Shown piece after piece: positions 16,935 to 26,464 of a stretch of 34,067 bases of DNA. Below the pieces are notes generated by a model. The model made no database searches. It was given only the letters and a program-made list of their open reading frames with translations, and was not told where the DNA came from. How positions within the stretch are numbered: the first letter of the stretch is position 1; every line of letters starts with the position of its first letter. The position numbers and the translations under genes were made by a program. The DNA is from Cyclobacteriaceae bacterium (GTDB taxonomy: Bacteria; Bacteroidota; Bacteroidia; Cytophagales; Cyclobacteriaceae): the NCBI GenBank assembly GCA_035292565.1, contig DATDPY010000125.1, positions 1 to 34,067 of the forward strand, given 5' to 3'.

Positions 16935-17999
16935 TTAAACAAATCCCGCCTTCCTGATTTCCTGGTACACCTTTTCCGGCGTCAGCCAGTTCATGCAGGC
17001 AAAGTCGCCCCGGTGACAGGTTCCCTGCCCGAAAACGGTACATGGCCTGCAGTGCAGTTCTTCCTTGGTGATTTGTATATCGAGCGAGTTATTCGCATGG
17101 TAGGCCGAAAATCCCGCGTATGGGTGCGTGGCGCCCCAGATGGTAACCGTTTTCACACCTGCCAGGGAAGCCATATGCATATTGGCCGAGTCCATGCTGA
17201 TCATGACATCGAGCTGGGAAATCAGATCCAGTTCTTCGTTGAAGTTCAGGTCTCTGGCCGCGTTCATGGATCCCGGGAAATCAGAGGTCATTCGGTCGAT
17301 TTCGGCAAGTTCCTTTGGGCCTCCGCCGAAAATGATGAATCGCACATTCACGTTCTTGGCAATCATCCGCATCAGCGATTTCATGTACTCCAGAGACCAG
17401 TTTTTCAGGTGATGCTTTGAGAACGGAGCAATGCCTATCCATGACTCTTTGGCTTTTTTGGGAAATCGCTTTAAAAGCTTTTCAAGTGATTCCGGGTCCA
17501 TATTAAAATAGCTGTCGAACGGAATCCATGTTTTCAACGGCATGTGCCTGAATACATCAAGGTACCTTTCCGTGGTATGTTTCAGGGGGTGAAATATCCT
17601 GCCCTTGATGAGGTCCCTTTTGTCTTTCCTTCCCTTATCGATCCTGTATATGTGCTTTCCTTTTATACTGAACAGAAGGCAAAGGATATAGGATCTGATC
17701 ACCCCGTGGAGGTCAATTACGTAATCAAAATCACCGATTGCGGCAAGGTCTTTCGACAATCTGTACAGGCCCCTCAGTCCTGCATATTTTTCCTTAAAAT
17801 CGGCCGGGAAAAGCTGGAGCCGGTCAACATCCCTGAAAAATGCGCCGAACATGGGATTGGATACCAGGGTGATCTTTAATGTTGGGTTAATGATCAGCAA
17901 GCCCCTGAGAACGGGCAGGGTCAGCGCTACATCACCGATTGCGGAGAACCGGAGGACTACAAGATGCACCGGCCTTTCGGAAAGATCAGAATTTTGCAA
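16935..17999 (-). CDS. Glycosyltransferase family 9 (LPS heptosyltransferase-like)
   Basis: N-terminal VLRFSAIGDVALTLPVL motif, size, and a C-terminal Cys-rich tail typical of GT9. Confidence 0.8.
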   Translation of the reverse strand: MQNSDLSERPVHLVVLRFSAIGDVALTLPVLRGLLIINPTLKITLVSNPMFGAFFRDVDRLQLFPADFKEKYAGLRGLYRLSKDLAAIGDFDYVIDLHGVIRSYILCLLFSIKGKHIYRIDKGRKDKRDLIKGRIFHPLKHTTERYLDVFRHMPLKTWIPFDSYFNMDPESLEKLLKRFPKKAKESWIGIAPFSKHHLKNWSLEYMKSLMRMIAKNVNVRFIIFGGGPKELAEIDRMTSDFPGSMNAARDLNFNEELDLISQLDVMISMDSANMHMASLAGVKTVTIWGATHPYAGFSAYHANNSLDIQITKEELHCRPCTVFGQGTCHRGDFACMNWLTPEKVYQEIRKAGFV

Positions 18000-18011
18000 T
18001 GCCAGATATGA

Positions 18012-18383
18012 TCAGTAATCTTCGTATGATTTCTCCTCGATGATTTCAGACCGGGTATTCAGGTTAATGTCACGTTTGATCTTTGCACGAAGGTCATTGG
18101 TGAAATAAACCATCCTTGCCGTTTCGATAAATCCCCTTCCGAAATCCTGTTTTTTTTCATAATCCCTGATCCTGTCTTCGATTTCCCAAAGTTTTTCATT
18201 AACCTCCCTGAGCTTTTGGTAGAGGGGATCGCTTTTGTCAGGCATTTTTTCGCCCGATTTGCTCAGAATCTCATATTCGTTGCGGATATTCTTGAGTTTT
18301 TGCTGGTCGGTGATCTTCTGCAGCTTGATTTCAAGGATGGTCAATCTGTCAATAAACTCCCCGATAGACACTTCGATCTTCAT
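18012..18383 (-). CDS. Small conserved protein, DUF6165-like
   Basis: MKIEVSIGEFIDRLTILEIK...LWEIEDRIR...ARMVYFTNDLRAKIKRDIN...EEKSY matches my recollection of the DUF6165 pattern often found in LPS-core clusters. I trimmed the start to the second ATG (18383). Confidence 0.5.
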   Translation of the reverse strand: MKIEVSIGEFIDRLTILEIKLQKITDQQKLKNIRNEYEILSKSGEKMPDKSDPLYQKLREVNEKLWEIEDRIRDYEKKQDFGRGFIETARMVYFTNDLRAKIKRDINLNTRSEIIEEKSYEDY

Positions 18384-18452
18384 GAATAATGTTTTGTATT
18401 CCAAAATTAAGCATTATTGAATTGATATGCAGCCCGATGCGGCCAAACCCTT

Positions 18453-19685
18453 TCAAATTCCAACGATTGCCCGGATGATGAATTCCACACCTATTCCCGG
18501 ATGGGCAGCCATATCCCCATTAACTGCTCCTTCCAATAACCGTCTTAATTCCGGTTTTTTGCCTGTATTGTCAAAAACTCTTTCAAGAAGCCATGTATTT
18601 CCTGCTGCCCGCTGAAGCCATCTGCTCAATGCCAGGGCTCTTCCGATTTTTGCATAAACAGCCCTGTCATAAAACCTGTTTACACCGGCCGAAAAATCTC
18701 CGGCAACACCACAATTCATAATATGATCGGCTGCCAGCTTCCCGCTGTACATGGCATTCCCAATCCCCTCCCCGAAAAAAGGTTCGATGAGTGACGCCGA
18801 ATCCCCTGCAAGAAGATAATTATCCCCGGATATCCTTCTCCGGGTCATCCCCAGGGAAAGCGGAAATCCTTCGGGCCGGCCAACCATCTTTGCTTTCGCA
18901 AATCGCCTTTGCAGGTGCGGGTTGGAGGCGATCACATGTGGCATGAGTTTTTTCAGATCGGTCCCTCGCCTGGCGATCACATCACTCCTCTGGCCAATGC
19001 CCACGTTGGCGAGGTTATTTTTCAGCGGGAAGATCCACAAGTATCCCGGAATGAGCTCTTCAAGAAAATGAAATTCGATGTATCCCTCCCCGGCTATCCC
19101 TTCCACCCCTTCGTAATAACACCGGAGACCTCCTGCTAAATGTTTCTTTGGAATTTTATATCCCGATAAATCAGCTGCGATCTTCGATTGAGACCCCGTA
19201 GCAATTACCGCCATTCTTGTTTTTAACAGTTGATGATCGTTCCTGTCGGAAAAGACCAGTCGGCCATTTTCACGTTTATGTTTGAAAATTTCGACGTTTG
19301 AATAGATTTGAACGTGCTTATACCTTCTCACCTCATCCATCAGGAAGTTATCAAAGTCATATCGTGTCGAAAGGGCAAGCTCCGGTATCCTGCCATCTAC
19401 AAGACGGATGGCGGGTATGGATATTTTCTTTGCCGAAGGGCTGAAAAAATGAACGCCTTTTCCTTCGATTTTCCGGTCGAATGCAATAAATCGATTGAAT
19501 GTGTCCTGTCCAAGCTGCCTGATCACGGATATAACAAATCCCCCCAGGCAATCTCCGCAGACCTTATCCCTTGGAAATACCGAGCGGTCAATAAGCGAGC
19601 ATGGAATCCCGTTCTTTCCCAGGAAAAGTGCGGCTGATAAGCCTGCCGGCCCGGCTCCTACGATGGCAATTTCCGATTCGATCAT
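18453..19685 (-). CDS. FAD-dependent oxidoreductase, geranylgeranyl-reductase family
   Basis: N-terminal dinucleotide fold IAIVGAGPAGLSAALFLGKNG, the GDxxG-type motif LAGDSASLIEPFFGEGI, and ~410 aa length. Confidence 0.8.
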   Translation of the reverse strand: MIESEIAIVGAGPAGLSAALFLGKNGIPCSLIDRSVFPRDKVCGDCLGGFVISVIRQLGQDTFNRFIAFDRKIEGKGVHFFSPSAKKISIPAIRLVDGRIPELALSTRYDFDNFLMDEVRRYKHVQIYSNVEIFKHKRENGRLVFSDRNDHQLLKTRMAVIATGSQSKIAADLSGYKIPKKHLAGGLRCYYEGVEGIAGEGYIEFHFLEELIPGYLWIFPLKNNLANVGIGQRSDVIARRGTDLKKLMPHVIASNPHLQRRFAKAKMVGRPEGFPLSLGMTRRRISGDNYLLAGDSASLIEPFFGEGIGNAMYSGKLAADHIMNCGVAGDFSAGVNRFYDRAVYAKIGRALALSRWLQRAAGNTWLLERVFDNTGKKPELRRLLEGAVNGDMAAHPGIGVEFIIRAIVGI

Positions 19686-19790
19686 TCGTAAAATGTCCTG
19701 TTTTCCCGTTTTATAGGAGAATCGGGATTCAATCGTTAATTTAGCTTAATATTAATCAAACTATCATTTGACTATAAGGTACTTTTTGCC

Positions 19791-22403
19791 ATGAAAAAAC
19801 TCCTGATCATCCTTCTTGTCATTGTTGTTGTTCTGGTCGGTGCTGCCGTCGCCTTGCCGATCATTTTCAAAGACGATATAAAGCTTGCCATACAGAAAGC
19901 TGTGTCGGAAAATGTGAAGGCAAGAGTATATTTCGATGAAAATAAAATCGGCGTTTCCCTATTCAAAAGCTTTCCCGACCTGACGCTTACCCTACGCGAT
20001 TTCGGCGTGGTTGGCATCGACGTTTTCGAACAGGATACCTTGTTTTCTGCCAGCCGGTTTGCCATTACCGTCGATATTAAAAGTGTTATTTCCGGCAGCA
20101 ATATAAACCTGAAATCGATCGGGCTTGATAACCCAAATATTTTCGTGCTCGTGCTCGAGGACGGAACAGCCAACTACGACATCATGATCAATTCCGCCGA
20201 AGAAGCCGAAGAGGTTGAAACCGAAGACGCTGGTGAAGAAATGAAAATCGGGATCCAGTCATGGGAAATAAACAACGGGCGCATCGTTTATTATGACCAG
20301 TCCATGGATTTCATTGCCGGCCTGTATGGCCTCAACCATGAGGGCTCCGGGGATTTCACAACATCGGTTTTTGACATGGATACCCATACCGATATTGAAA
20401 AGTTATTGATGAGCTACGGCGGGGTTGATTACCTCAGGAATCAGAAACTCGTTGCTGATATCAAAATGAACATGGATCTGGATGCCATGAAATTCACATT
20501 CATGGACAACAGCGTGAAGCTGAATGATTTCGGCTTGCGGTTCGATGGATTCTTGGCTATGCCCGCTGAAGGCTTTGATATGGATATCAATTTCAAATCC
20601 GGTGAGAATACCTTTAAAAGCCTGTTCAGCCTCATCCCGGCTGCCTACATGGAAGGATATGAAAGCGTAAGAGCCGATGGGTCATTTTCGTTCGAAGGTT
20701 TTGTCAGAGGTCTTTACAGCGATTCTTTAAGCAGAATGCCAGCCTTTAAGGTCGCGCTCAACGTCCTGAATGGAATGATCCAATACCCCGATCTTCCCCA
20801 GGATATTAAAAATGTAAATATCGATTTACTGATCAATAATGCGGATGGGGTGATCGATAACACGGTGATCGATATGAAAAAATTTCATATGGAATTCGGC
20901 CAGAATCCCATTGATGCCACCCTCCTCGTGCAAAATCTCCGGGATTACAGGATGAAAGCTGCCATGCAGGCAAAATTCAATTTTGCCGATGTTCTCAAAA
21001 TTTTACCGATGGACAGTACTGAAATTGCAGGTATGCTCGATGCCAGCCTGAATGTCGACGGAGTATATGACAGCGTAAAGCATGTGATCCCGGCTAACGG
21101 AACCGCCACACTTAAAGATTTTGTATTTGTCAGCCCCGACCTCCCCCAGGGCATGAAGATAAGTTCATCAAAGGTCGATATCAACACATCCAGCATTGCC
21201 GTTGATCATTTCAATGGCAGCATCGGGAAAAGCGATATGTCGCTGAAGGGCTTCCTGAGTAATTATGTGGATTATATTTTCAACGATGATGCCGTACTCC
21301 TGGGCAAGCTCGATTTCAATTCCAAAATGTTCGATGCCAACGAATGGATGTCAGAAGATACGGAAGAGACGGATAGTCCGGAAGATACGTCAGCCCTAGA
21401 GATTGTCCAGATCCCGAAGAATATTGACTTCACCCTGAATTCTTCCATTGGTACGATCAACTATGACAACCTGGTGCTTACCGATTTTAAGGGAATGCTG
21501 ATCATCCGCGACGGCATTTTAAGCATGGACGAAGTTGGCTTCAACACGCTCGGAGGGAAATTCGCCATGGACGGATCTTACGATACGCGGGATATGGAAA
21601 ACCCAATGTTTGATTTTACATTTAATATCAAGGACCTTTCAATCCCGGTAGCTTACGAATCATTCAATACGATTCAGAAACTTGCACCGATTGCCAGGAT
21701 CATGGACGGTTTGTTCTCAACCGATTTCAAGATGGGAGGAAAACTGCAGAAAGATTACATGCCTGATCTTTCCTCCCTGGCAGGAAGCGGCCTCATCAAT
21801 ATTGCCAATGCAAAAGTAACGGGCACCCAGTCGAACCTGGTGAAAGGGATCGCCGGCGTTACCAAATTGTCCGGCGCATCAGGCGATATGACCCTGAATG
21901 ATGTGCTGATGAAAGCGGAGATCATCGACGGCAGGGTATTCACCGAACCCTTCAACGTGAAGATCGGGGAAAACAATTCCCTGGTGGCAGGCAGCAGCGG
22001 CATCGACGGGTCACTGGATTATACCATAAAAATGGATGTTCCGGCCGCCGCGGTAAATGCTGCGACTTCGCTGGTTTCCTCTGTCACCGGACAGAATTTC
22101 AATATGACTGGATCGAATATGAAACTGAACCTCGGTGTGACCGGAAACTATGCCGATCCAAAAGTTTCACTCCTTGGTGCGGAATCGGGCAGTACGGGCA
22201 CGGCGGCCAAAGAGCAACTCAAAGCAACCATCACCGCTGAAAAGGAAAAGGTCGTTGAACAGGCCAAGGTCGTTGTCGAAGAAAAGAAACAGGAGGTTAC
22301 ACAGAAAGTCGACAGTGCGGTCACACAACAAAAGGAAGCAGCAAAAGAGGAGATCAACAAGGAGGTTAATAAAGCCAAAGACAGGCTTAAAAAACTTTTC
22401 TGA
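19791..22403 (+). CDS. AsmA-family outer-membrane biogenesis protein
   Basis: Single N-terminal TM anchor (MKKLLIILLVIVVVLVGAAVALPIIF), a long beta-rich body of 870 aa, and a K/E-rich C-terminal tail. This architecture is typical of AsmA/AsmA_2 proteins. Confidence 0.75.
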   Translation: MKKLLIILLVIVVVLVGAAVALPIIFKDDIKLAIQKAVSENVKARVYFDENKIGVSLFKSFPDLTLTLRDFGVVGIDVFEQDTLFSASRFAITVDIKSVISGSNINLKSIGLDNPNIFVLVLEDGTANYDIMINSAEEAEEVETEDAGEEMKIGIQSWEINNGRIVYYDQSMDFIAGLYGLNHEGSGDFTTSVFDMDTHTDIEKLLMSYGGVDYLRNQKLVADIKMNMDLDAMKFTFMDNSVKLNDFGLRFDGFLAMPAEGFDMDINFKSGENTFKSLFSLIPAAYMEGYESVRADGSFSFEGFVRGLYSDSLSRMPAFKVALNVLNGMIQYPDLPQDIKNVNIDLLINNADGVIDNTVIDMKKFHMEFGQNPIDATLLVQNLRDYRMKAAMQAKFNFADVLKILPMDSTEIAGMLDASLNVDGVYDSVKHVIPANGTATLKDFVFVSPDLPQGMKISSSKVDINTSSIAVDHFNGSIGKSDMSLKGFLSNYVDYIFNDDAVLLGKLDFNSKMFDANEWMSEDTEETDSPEDTSALEIVQIPKNIDFTLNSSIGTINYDNLVLTDFKGMLIIRDGILSMDEVGFNTLGGKFAMDGSYDTRDMENPMFDFTFNIKDLSIPVAYESFNTIQKLAPIARIMDGLFSTDFKMGGKLQKDYMPDLSSLAGSGLINIANAKVTGTQSNLVKGIAGVTKLSGASGDMTLNDVLMKAEIIDGRVFTEPFNVKIGENNSLVAGSSGIDGSLDYTIKMDVPAAAVNAATSLVSSVTGQNFNMTGSNMKLNLGVTGNYADPKVSLLGAESGSTGTAAKEQLKATITAEKEKVVEQAKVVVEEKKQEVTQKVDSAVTQQKEAAKEEINKEVNKAKDRLKKLF

Positions 22404-22427
22404 GCCGGCAGGCTAAATCAATGAGCG

Positions 22428-22532
22428 ATGTATGGATTGAATGAACTTACACCGGGGGGGTTTATTGCCCTGGTGATAGGCATGATTATCATTTACATCC
22501 TTTATCGGATGGTATTTAAAAATAAAAGATGA
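22428..22532 (+). CDS. Possible 34-aa single-pass membrane peptide (below the ORF-track cut-off)
   Basis: Hand translation gives MYGLNELTPGGFIALVIGMIIIYILYRMVFKNKR: one hydrophobic helix followed by a basic tail. The ORF starts 24 nt after the AsmA stop, and its stop lies 7 nt before the REP hairpin. Confidence 0.25.
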   Translation: MYGLNELTPGGFIALVIGMIIIYILYRMVFKNKR

Positions 22533-22539
22533 AACTTCT

Positions 22540-22582
22540 GGTCGTAGCTTCGCGCTACGACCTCGAGCGTCTCACTACGACC
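22540..22582. repeat. REP-like hairpin(s), left of the RAYT gene
   Basis: GGTCGTAGC-ttcgc-GCTACGACC (perfect 9-bp stem, 22540-22562), followed by a half copy AGCGTCTCaCTACGACC (22566-22582). Confidence 0.85.
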
Positions 22583-22715
22583 ATTTCTGAACTGCAACTT
22601 GTAAAATTCAATTCAACCCTATAAATTGTATCCTATCAGCTATCGATCGGGCCCCCGCTTCGATAAGTGATTAGGGTTATTTATATTTATTAAATAAAAT
22701 ATTTTTCCGTCAGCT

Positions 22716-23270
22716 ATGGGAAGAAAGTATCTTATTCGCGACCAGGATGCAATCTATTTCCTGACTTTTACAGTCGTGCACTGGATTGATATCTTCACAA
22801 GAAATGTTTACAAGGAAATCTTTATTGAAAGTGTAAAGCATTGCCAGCAAAAGAAAGGCCTTGACGTATATGCCTGGTGCATCATGACAAACCATATTCA
22901 TGCCATTCTTGGATCCAGTGGCGTTATGAAACTTGAGGACATTATCCGTGATTTTAAAAGTTTTACTTCCCGGCATATAAGAAAAGAATTAGAACAAAAC
23001 TTATCGGAAAGCAGAAGCAAATGGATACTGAACCTTCTTTACACAACCGGCTTGACCAATAAAAGGAACAATGATTTTCAGCTTTGGCAGCAGCATAACC
23101 ATCCCATTGAATTATCAACGAACGAAATGATGGATCAAAGGCTGGATTATACGCATTACAATCCGGTTAAAGCGGGATTTGTCGAAAAACCGGAAGATTG
23201 GTTGTGGAGCAGTGCAATGGATTACTATGGAACCGGGAAGGGAAAGTTGGAATTAAAGTTTATTGAATAA
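22716..23270 (+). CDS. REP-associated tyrosine transposase (RAYT; IS200/IS605-like Y1 HUH transposase)
   Basis: HUH motif in CIMTNHIHAILG, a catalytic-Tyr region RLDYTHYNPVKAGFV (Y.H.NPV.AG), ~184 aa, and flanking REP hairpins. Confidence 0.85.
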   Translation: MGRKYLIRDQDAIYFLTFTVVHWIDIFTRNVYKEIFIESVKHCQQKKGLDVYAWCIMTNHIHAILGSSGVMKLEDIIRDFKSFTSRHIRKELEQNLSESRSKWILNLLYTTGLTNKRNNDFQLWQQHNHPIELSTNEMMDQRLDYTHYNPVKAGFVEKPEDWLWSSAMDYYGTGKGKLELKFIE

Positions 23271-23286
23271 TAAAATGTTAAAATTA

Positions 23287-23309
23287 GGTCGTAGCGAGAC
23301 GCTACGACC
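23287..23309. repeat. REP-like hairpin, right of the RAYT gene
   Basis: GGTCGTAGCG-aga-CGCTACGACC, a perfect 10-bp stem with the same arm sequence as the left hairpin. Confidence 0.85.
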
Positions 23310-23380
23310 AGAGATGGTTCTTTTATTTTTATTCGGTATTTTCGAGCCAGGTTCATCCCTTGTTTTTTACAATTCACACA

Positions 23381-26218
23381 ATGAAAAAAGTAATTTTATT
23401 TCTCCTGATCATTTTAGCATCATTAGCTGGTTTTTACCCGGCTGATACTGCTTTTATTGCCGCTGAAAATCATTCTCACCCTGCTAATTATGAAATCCAG
23501 ATACCACTGCCCGAACACCCCCGCCCGGATTTCGAAAGACCGGATTGGATCAACCTCAATGGCGAATGGCAGTTCAAATTCGACTCTGCAAATGCCGGAA
23601 TAGACCGGCAATGGTTTGGAGAGAAAAATGAATATCCCGACAGGATCACCGTTCCCTTTTCCTGGGGATCAAACCTGTCGGGCATTGAAGATAAAGCCGA
23701 TATTGGCTGGTATAAAAAAATGATCCGGGTTCCATCCTCCTGGAAGGGCAAGAGGATCTTCCTCGTGATCGGCGCATCCGACTGGCTGAGCAAGGCCTGG
23801 CTCGACGGCAATTACATCGGCGAATTCCAGGGTGGTTATTCGCAATTTGAATTTGAACTGACTGATCATGTAAGTCATGACACACCCCAGGATATCGTCA
23901 TCAGGGTTGATGACAGCCCGCATGCCTTTAAGCTCGAAGGAAAACAGGGGTATGGCAACGTGAGGGGAATCTGGCAAACACCATATCTCGAAGCCCGGGG
24001 AAAAAATTTTATCGAGTATATCCATTTTACCCCCGATATCGACCGCGAACTGGTGACCGTTGAAGGCCGGCTTGCCGCCCGCCCGGAAAGCGGCGCCTCC
24101 CTGCTATTAGCCATTAACGAAAACCGGGCAAATAAAAAATTGGTCGACCAGAAGCTGAATCCGGAAAGCCGGGATTTTTCTTTTTCCGTTCCGATCGATG
24201 ATCCCCGCCTGTGGTCGATCGATGATCCCTACCTCTATTCCGCAACTGCAGAGTTGGTATCAGGGAAAACATCCGTAGATAAGGTCTCCACCTATTTCGG
24301 TATGAGGAAGATTGGAACTATGAAACTTCCCGGAACCGATTACATGTATGTATCGCTGAACAATAAGCCTGTTTACTTGAAAATGACCCTCGACCAGGCG
24401 TACCACCCGGATGGATTTTACACCTGGCCTTCGGATGAATTCATGCGCGATGAGATCATCCGTTCGAAAAAACTGGGCCTGAACTGCAACAGGATCCATG
24501 TGAAGATCGACCTGCCGAGGAAACTTTACTGGGCCGACAGGCTCGGCTTGCTGATCATGGCCGACGTCCCGAATTCCTGGGGGGAACCGGATGCGTTGAT
24601 GAAAAAAGAATCGGAAACGGCTATGGAAAAGATGATCCACCGCGACTACAACCACCCTTCCGTCTTTTCATGGATTTTATTCAACGAAACGTGGGGCCTG
24701 TTTACGAAAACCGACAGCGGCCGGCTGTACCTGCCCCAAACCCAGGAATGGGTGGCTGAAATGTACAGAAAGGCCAAAGCCCTCGATAATACCCGGCTGG
24801 TTGAAGATAATTCAGCCTGCAACTATGACCACGTGATGACGGACATCAATACCTGGCACGCCTATCTTCCGGGATATGGCTGGGAAAAAATGCTGGATGA
24901 ATTCACCGGTAAAACTTTCCCGGGATCGGGATTCAACTTTGCCAAAGGATATTTGCAAACCAACCAGCCCATGCTGAACAGCGAGTGCGGGAATGTGTGG
25001 GGATATGAGGGAAGCACCGGCGATATCGACTGGAGCTGGGATTACCATATCATGATGAACCAGTTCCGCATGCACCCGAAGGTGGCAGGCTGGCTTTATA
25101 CCGAACATCACGATGTGATCAACGAGTGGAACGGGTATTATCGTTTCGACCGCTCTGAAAAGTATCCTGGTTTCGAAGAACTTGCGGAAGGCATGATGCT
25201 TGCCGACCTCCATAGCGATATTTACCTGGTCCCCGGGTCCGACCTTTGCACCGACCAGTTCCCCGGAGCGGAAGTATCCGTACCGCTGTGGATTTCTACC
25301 ATGACCGACAGGGTGCCGGCAGAGAACGCCGTCATTCATGCCAGAATGAAGTGGTGGAACGAATTGGGGGTCCCCTTCACCGATGACCTGGGAACACAGG
25401 TTGCTCCCATAAAATCCTGGGCCCTGACAGATGCAGGTACGTGGAAGATAAAGCTTCCCGACACGGAAGGACTGGCGATACTGTCATTCCGTGTTGAAGA
25501 TCCTTCAGGAAATGCCATCCATCGAAATTTCCTGACCTTTAATATTACCGATAGTAAAGAAAACAGCCTGTTTGACGTTACAGATCCTTCAGGAAAATTT
25601 AAAGTGCTTTCATTTGGACCGGCAGCCCCGGCCAGTCAGGATTGGTCCGTAAAACAATGGATTTCCATGAATGGAAAGAAGCTGAACGGCGCCGGGACCG
25701 GATATTTTGAATATCGTGTAGACATCCCTTCCGATATTGTCTTGAGCGACATTATCGAAGCGACTTTCCGGGCTGAGCTTTCCGCAAAGGAGTTGTTTGG
25801 GAAAGATGTTGGGGATTCGAAAATGGAGGGAGATTATATGCGCGGAAAAGGTACCTTCGACCCCGGCAGAAACCCCAATGCCTATCCTATGACTGACGAA
25901 AAGAAGTTTCCGTCGATCGTCACTATATCGGTCAATGGCAGAGTGATCGGAACACAGTACCTTCCGGATGATCCGGCCGATCACCGGGGAATTCTTTCAT
26001 GGCACAGCCAGCTTAAGGATCGAAAGCTCCGGGATGCCGGCTCCTACGGATACCTGGTCAGCTTGAGCATACCAACTGATGTGCTTGCCGATGCCATACG
26101 CCGCAGGATGTTCACCATCCGACTTGAAGCCAACCAGATTGGCGGAGGACTGGCAGTTTATGGGCGGAACAGCGGCAGGTATCCTCTCGATCCATCCTTC
26201 ATCTTCCGGATGAAGTAG
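23381..26218 (+). CDS. Glycoside hydrolase family 2 (beta-galactosidase/beta-glucuronidase-like), secreted
   Basis: Signal peptide from M at 23381 (MKKVILFLLIILASLAGF). N-terminal sugar-binding-domain pattern (INLNGEWQFKFD...VPFSW), and the GH2 acid/base block RDYNHPSVFSWILFNE. Confidence 0.8.
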   Translation: MKKVILFLLIILASLAGFYPADTAFIAAENHSHPANYEIQIPLPEHPRPDFERPDWINLNGEWQFKFDSANAGIDRQWFGEKNEYPDRITVPFSWGSNLSGIEDKADIGWYKKMIRVPSSWKGKRIFLVIGASDWLSKAWLDGNYIGEFQGGYSQFEFELTDHVSHDTPQDIVIRVDDSPHAFKLEGKQGYGNVRGIWQTPYLEARGKNFIEYIHFTPDIDRELVTVEGRLAARPESGASLLLAINENRANKKLVDQKLNPESRDFSFSVPIDDPRLWSIDDPYLYSATAELVSGKTSVDKVSTYFGMRKIGTMKLPGTDYMYVSLNNKPVYLKMTLDQAYHPDGFYTWPSDEFMRDEIIRSKKLGLNCNRIHVKIDLPRKLYWADRLGLLIMADVPNSWGEPDALMKKESETAMEKMIHRDYNHPSVFSWILFNETWGLFTKTDSGRLYLPQTQEWVAEMYRKAKALDNTRLVEDNSACNYDHVMTDINTWHAYLPGYGWEKMLDEFTGKTFPGSGFNFAKGYLQTNQPMLNSECGNVWGYEGSTGDIDWSWDYHIMMNQFRMHPKVAGWLYTEHHDVINEWNGYYRFDRSEKYPGFEELAEGMMLADLHSDIYLVPGSDLCTDQFPGAEVSVPLWISTMTDRVPAENAVIHARMKWWNELGVPFTDDLGTQVAPIKSWALTDAGTWKIKLPDTEGLAILSFRVEDPSGNAIHRNFLTFNITDSKENSLFDVTDPSGKFKVLSFGPAAPASQDWSVKQWISMNGKKLNGAGTGYFEYRVDIPSDIVLSDIIEATFRAELSAKELFGKDVGDSKMEGDYMRGKGTFDPGRNPNAYPMTDEKKFPSIVTISVNGRVIGTQYLPDDPADHRGILSWHSQLKDRKLRDAGSYGYLVSLSIPTDVLADAIRRRMFTIRLEANQIGGGLAVYGRNSGRYPLDPSFIFRMK

Positions 26219-26221
26219 TTC

Positions 26222-26345
26222 TCGCCACCAAGACACGAAGGCACCAGGATTCACTAAGAAATACAATCTTCATCTTAGTGAATCCCCGCCTGCCATCGCC
26301 AGACCCTGGGAATGGCGGGCAGGTTCGTGCATCAGTGATATACAT
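26222..26345. repeat. Partial third copy of the ATTCGTG-type intergenic repeat, with a 13-bp perfect hairpin
   Basis: GCGGGCAGGTTCGTG (26315-26329) is identical to 6395-6409. The region also has a CACGAAG module at 26234 and the hairpin GGATTCACTAAGA-N13-TCTTAGTGAATCC (26247-26285). Confidence 0.7.
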
Positions 26346-26435
26346 TTTCCGCACCTATAATTGTCCACAAATAATATTTAGTATAACAAATTCCTGATTC
26401 ATTCAACATGGATTACCAAAACCCGGTTTTTCTTC

Positions 26436-26443
26436 TAACTTTG
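26436..26443 (+). promoter_or_regulatory. Candidate -7 promoter box (TAACTTTG = TAnnTTTG) for the DUF1080 gene
   Basis: Exact motif match 21 nt upstream of the ATG at 26465. It lies inside the track's longer ORF (26408), which supports the shorter start that yields a signal peptide. Confidence 0.35.
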
Positions 26444-26464
26444 CCACCAAATTATTTAAACGAT

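Larger units (their letters stand above)
22540..23309 (+). mobile_element. REPtron-like unit: RAYT gene bracketed by cognate REP hairpins
   Basis: The same GGTCGTAGC/GCTACGACC palindrome sits 134 nt upstream and 17 nt downstream of the Y1 transposase ORF. Confidence 0.75.

Noticed and set aside
23423-26266. Many 60-175-aa antisense or off-frame ORFs inside the GH2 gene; the same occurs inside the TonB receptor (7422-9060), the 627-aa gene (11618-12328, 236 aa), AsmA (19772-22416), the TIM-barrel gene and the sulfatase
   Set aside because: All are nested in long ORFs with strong family motifs. These are typical shadow ORFs of GC-richer coding sequence.
26408-26464. Long N-terminal extensions proposed by the ORF track (26408, 23360, 13568, 28328, 3787, 29299, 18404)
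   Set aside because: In each case an internal ATG yields a proper signal peptide or lipobox, or removes a non-ATG start. For 26408, a TAnnTTTG box lies inside the extension. I trimmed the features accordingly, but the start sites remain predictions.
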